This document shows, in pieces, positions 60,371 through 64,000 of a stretch of DNA of 64,000 bases; the first letter of the stretch is position 1, and each line of letters begins with the position of its first letter. Made by a program: the position numbers and the translations under genes. The notes beneath the pieces are model-generated. The model had not been told where the DNA came from, ran no database searches, and saw only the letters and a program-made list of their open reading frames with translations. Source of the stretch: Nemertoderma westbladi (Eukaryota; Animalia; Xenacoelomorpha); assembly GCA_032718475.1 (NCBI GenBank), contig JAUCBJ010003885.1, forward strand, positions 37,845 to 101,844, read 5' to 3'.

Positions 60371-62608
60371 ATGGACGTATTTTTTGTATACGATACAGAA
60401 ATGTGTAAAGGTGAGGAATGGGGCGAAGGTGAAGACCCCAAAGACGCCGTTATATATTACTACCCGAAATCAACTCCCATAAACAAACAGGTTGCTTTCT
60501 GCCAACAACTCTACAGTTTAGTAGACATACTCAGAGACTTTAAGTGCGGTGCCCCTTCTGTTTATTGCTTTTCAAAGTCAAAAGTGTCTTTATCCTTCGT
60601 GGGCCGCTACGTGATCTGTCTTGCTAGTCACAGGCAGTGCCCCGACGACCTTCTAACACACCAACTCAACAACCTCATCAATCTCTTCCAGTTCTACCAT
60701 GGATCATTTCGTCGTGTTTACCAGCTGTCCGGATGCGATCAGGCTCGTTTCGACGCGACAAACGAACTCATCTGGGACTGTTTCGTTCCCTACATCCGTT
60801 CCTACGGTTCCACGCTATCGGCCACGTTCCAATCCATCCCGAGACACCGACTAGTCTCGGACGGGAACCACACCTTCCTGCGAGCCGCGCACCTCATCCA
60901 GTGCGCGAGACGTCGACCCGGGGTACATTCCGGGTGTCTTCTCTACAAGGACGCTGTGCTCTGCTCGCTACTCCCTCCCTCACTCACCTCCCGTCTATTA
61001 ATACTTCGCCCACAGCAACGACACTTCCCCTCATCCCCGCTCCCGACTCCCTTCTCACTCCCACAACGTGTCAAACTGCTGCCGGTGTTCCTCACCGGTA
61101 AGGAGCACCACGAACTCACCGCCAATCTACCACGGTTCAACTCGGCCCACGATCGGCCCCACTTCTACACTGGAGGAGGAAATTCCTCGCTCGCCGCGGA
61201 ACAGAGTTCCTCATCAGCGGAACGTTTAAGGGACGGGAGGCGAGGAACGAACCATTGGCCGCGGGTAACGCCTGTGGAACAGCCAGAGTTGCGAGGTGAT
61301 GTTTGTGGGAGTAAGGGACGTTCTGATATTAACCCAGTGAGTAAGGAACGTTCTGATATTAACCCAGTGAGTAAGGAACATTCTGATATTAACCCAGTGA
61401 GTAAGGAACGTTCTGATATTAACCCAGTGAGTAAGGAACGTTCTGATATTAACCACGTGAGTAAGGAACGTTCTGATATAAACCACGTGAGTAAGGAACG
61501 TTCTGATATAAACCCGGTCAGTAAGGAACGTTCTGATATAAACCCAGTTAGTAAGGAACGTTCTGATATTAACCCAGTGACTAAGGAACGTTCTGATATT
61601 AACCAAGTGAGTAAGGAACGTTCTGATATAAACCCGGTCAGTAAGGAACGTTCTGATATTAACCCAGTGAGTAAGGAACATTCTGATATTAACCCAGTGA
61701 GTAAGGAACGTTCTGATATTAACCCTGTGAGTAAGGAACATTCTGATATTAACCAAGTGAGTAAGGATCAGTGCGTTTGTAACCCTACAACATGTGAGGA
61801 ACATACCTATATAAACTATAGGAGTGAGGAACCTTCCTCTATTAACCCCACTGGTAAGGAACATTCCGTCACTGAAAGCAACAACGATAAATATACAGGA
61901 AATATTGTTGATTCGAACTCAGTTAAACTCGATATAAATGTCCCAGAAACAGAAGGGAATTATTACGAACCGGTTTTTGTTAAAGAAAGTGGAAATAAGG
62001 AAGAATCTGAGGTGGAAATAGTTAATAAATCTCACCCTGAGTTTATTAAACCGGATGTAGTTGATGATGTTAATGACAAACAGGTTGATGAGGATGTAGA
62101 TGGGTTTATTAGTATGAAGTTGTACGTGCAAGACCATGGCGACATGGTGCTGCTACTAATAATAGACAGTTGGGTGATCCTTGATGAGGACATACTGAAC
62201 GCTTTGTGGAAAACCTCGCTGATCGAGTTGGGAAGGTTGGAGGGACAGCTGTCTGAGAACCAACTGCAGACCCCCAACACCAACCCCCACGGCGCCAACT
62301 ATTGTCTCACTTACGATAAACTAACTGGCAGCTTCACCGAGGGGAACCACAGACTGGGTCGCCTGTCAATCAACCCTTTGTTCGTTCGGGCTGCGATCCA
62401 CGTACATGGCGAGTTTTTCGATCGCCAGACTGCCGTTAAGGACGTGTTGCTACGCAACCACACCTCTGCTGTCTACGGGTGTAACTCGTTGACAGATGAG
62501 ACCGTCTACCAACAGTTGGGTCCCATTCAGATGACCCCCGGGGTCCCCTTCGAAAGAGACGAAGCCTTCACGCTCTCCCTTAAATATCGATCGATATCGC
62601 CTCTGTAA
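60371..62608 (+). CDS. HPS4: BLOC-3 subunit HPS4 (Hermansky-Pudlak syndrome 4 protein), tri-longin-domain GEF subunit
   Basis: FFVYD...EDP...IYYYP....KQ..CQQL, FQFYHG, LRAAHLIQC...GCLLYK....S.LPPSLT, LP..VK..PVFLT; C-terminal M.LYV, LRN..SAVYGC....ETVYQQLG resemble human HPS4 (recalled); single intact ORF. Confidence 0.9.
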   Translation: MDVFFVYDTEMCKGEEWGEGEDPKDAVIYYYPKSTPINKQVAFCQQLYSLVDILRDFKCGAPSVYCFSKSKVSLSFVGRYVICLASHRQCPDDLLTHQLNNLINLFQFYHGSFRRVYQLSGCDQARFDATNELIWDCFVPYIRSYGSTLSATFQSIPRHRLVSDGNHTFLRAAHLIQCARRRPGVHSGCLLYKDAVLCSLLPPSLTSRLLILRPQQRHFPSSPLPTPFSLPQRVKLLPVFLTGKEHHELTANLPRFNSAHDRPHFYTGGGNSSLAAEQSSSSAERLRDGRRGTNHWPRVTPVEQPELRGDVCGSKGRSDINPVSKERSDINPVSKEHSDINPVSKERSDINPVSKERSDINHVSKERSDINHVSKERSDINPVSKERSDINPVSKERSDINPVTKERSDINQVSKERSDINPVSKERSDINPVSKEHSDINPVSKERSDINPVSKEHSDINQVSKDQCVCNPTTCEEHTYINYRSEEPSSINPTGKEHSVTESNNDKYTGNIVDSNSVKLDINVPETEGNYYEPVFVKESGNKEESEVEIVNKSHPEFIKPDVVDDVNDKQVDEDVDGFISMKLYVQDHGDMVLLLIIDSWVILDEDILNALWKTSLIELGRLEGQLSENQLQTPNTNPHGANYCLTYDKLTGSFTEGNHRLGRLSINPLFVRAAIHVHGEFFDRQTAVKDVLLRNHTSAVYGCNSLTDETVYQQLGPIQMTPGVPFERDEAFTLSLKYRSISPL
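61309..61768 (+). repeat. Coding 30-bp minisatellite in HPS4, (SKERSDINPV)x15
   Basis: Read in both the DNA and the translation. Confidence 0.95.
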
Positions 62609-62930
62609 CAGTTGTTTATTAAATAACTCCAGTGTGAGTCTACGAGTTCTAAGTCGACTGAAAATTAACAAAACTAATCGTTAAAAAAACATTTATACCG
62701 AGGTATATCGAATAATTGAGCGATAAATCTGCAATACTGAATCATCGTGTTACCACGTGTGTCGTGGAACGGATTTCCGATTTTTGTTAATTCAACTGCC
62801 TATATTTATAGTTTGTTTAGAAATTATTTTTAATTTATTCTATTGTTTTTACTTTACATAATTGCTAATTATCAACAATTGCTACCGTTTCTACCGCCAC
62901 CTCATTCATTTTATATATAACTTAATATAT

Positions 62931-63651
62931 GGGGGTAAACGCTATCGACAACTACTTGTAGGCAGGTTTGTAAGGAATTAGGTTACAGAGGCGTGTTAAA
63001 AGGAACCAAAACAATAAACGAGAGCTAGGAATATTGTAGAAAACACCCAATTTATTTGAGAATCAACATCTTCACAATCAATAGTCAGATGTGTAGGCCT
63101 ACCGACTTTATGTGTAGGCCTACCGACTTTATGTGTAGGCCTACCGACTTTATGTGTAGGCCTACCGACTTTATGTGTAGGCCTACCGACTTTATGTGTA
63201 GGCCTACCGACTTTATGTGTAGGCCTACCGACTTTATGTGTAGGCCTACCGACTTTATGTGTAGGCCTACCGACTTTATGTGTAGGCCTACTGTACCGAC
63301 TTTATGTGTAGGCCTACCGACTTTATGTGTAGGCCTACCGACTTTATGTGTAGGCCTACCGACTTTATGTGTAGGCCTACCGACTTTATGTGTAGGCCTA
63401 CTGTACCGACTTTATGTGTAGGCCTACCGACTTTATGTGTAGGCCTACCGACTTTATGTGTAGGCCTACCGACTTTATGTGTAGGCCTACCGACTTTATG
63501 TGTAGGCCTACCGACTTTATGTGTAGGCCTACCGACTTTATGTGTAGGCCTACCGACTTTATGTGTAGGCCTACCGACTTTATGTGTAGGCCTACCGACT
63601 TTATGTGTAGGCCTACCGACTTTATGTGTAGGTGTTGGCACGTTTACCCCC
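62931..63651. mobile_element. Probable MITE (GGGGGTAAACG...CGTTTACCCCC termini) carrying an internal satellite
   Basis: Inverted termini; right flank TTAA, left flank degenerate. Confidence 0.5.
63089..63632 (+). repeat. 21-bp tandem repeat (ATGTGTAGGCCTACCGACTTT), ~26 copies
   Basis: Period of 21 with two 5-bp insertion variants. Confidence 0.96.
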
Positions 63652-64000
63652 TTAATTTAAAAGAGTTGCCATAAATTTTCCCCATCTTTATCTAAAATTA
63701 TGAGTTAATTTGGTGCTTTTATTATCAGATGCATACAGTAATATTGTATTACTATATTTTATATTGTTTAATGAATTATACTGTAAAAATAAGTTGAAGA
63801 AATACTGATTTTTGTGAAAATGTGCTGTTTTACTCAAATTTAATGTGGATTCTCTGGTCAAAATTTTCAGAATTATTTGTTATAATATTAATTCTAGAGC
63901 AGAATTTAATGAGGGTATAAATAAATTTGTATTATATCTGTCTCGTCGGTCTGTCATTCAAATATAAGATACACCTACACACACATAGATGATTTCGATT

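Noticed and set aside
63056-63674. ORFs (MCRPTDF)n and (PTHKVGR)n
   Set aside because: Artefacts of a 21-bp tandem repeat.

Overview
AT-rich, repeat-dense genomic DNA from a metazoan, probably an invertebrate (spliceosomal introns, RTE/Gypsy/pogo/hAT elements). Host genes are: the 3' terminal exon of an unidentified + strand gene (8547-9950); a hand-assembled 9-exon C2orf81/DUF4639-like gene (13257-36353, +, 457 aa); an intronless Cys-rich secreted orphan (37291-37803); intronless TAF4 (47162-48736, -); and intronless HPS4 with a coding 10-aa VNTR (60371-62608, +). About a third of the window is tandem repeat (28, 16, 56, 30 and 21 bp units). The most unusual observation is that two intronic satellites are built from splicing signals in the sense orientation. 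(i) About 130 copies of a 56-bp unit amplify the exon 6/intron 6 junction of the C2orf81-like gene; each copy has a branch-like motif, a CAG acceptor, an in-frame 24-nt micro-exon (KDVSSTKK) and an AAG|GTAACT donor. (ii) About 190 copies of a 28-bp unit, roughly half with a perfect TACTAAC branch point, end just upstream of a 3' splice site. Each array is interrupted by an antisense retroelement inserted in the splice motif itself. All functional interpretations are inferences that need RNA data; copy numbers are estimates from length divided by unit size.
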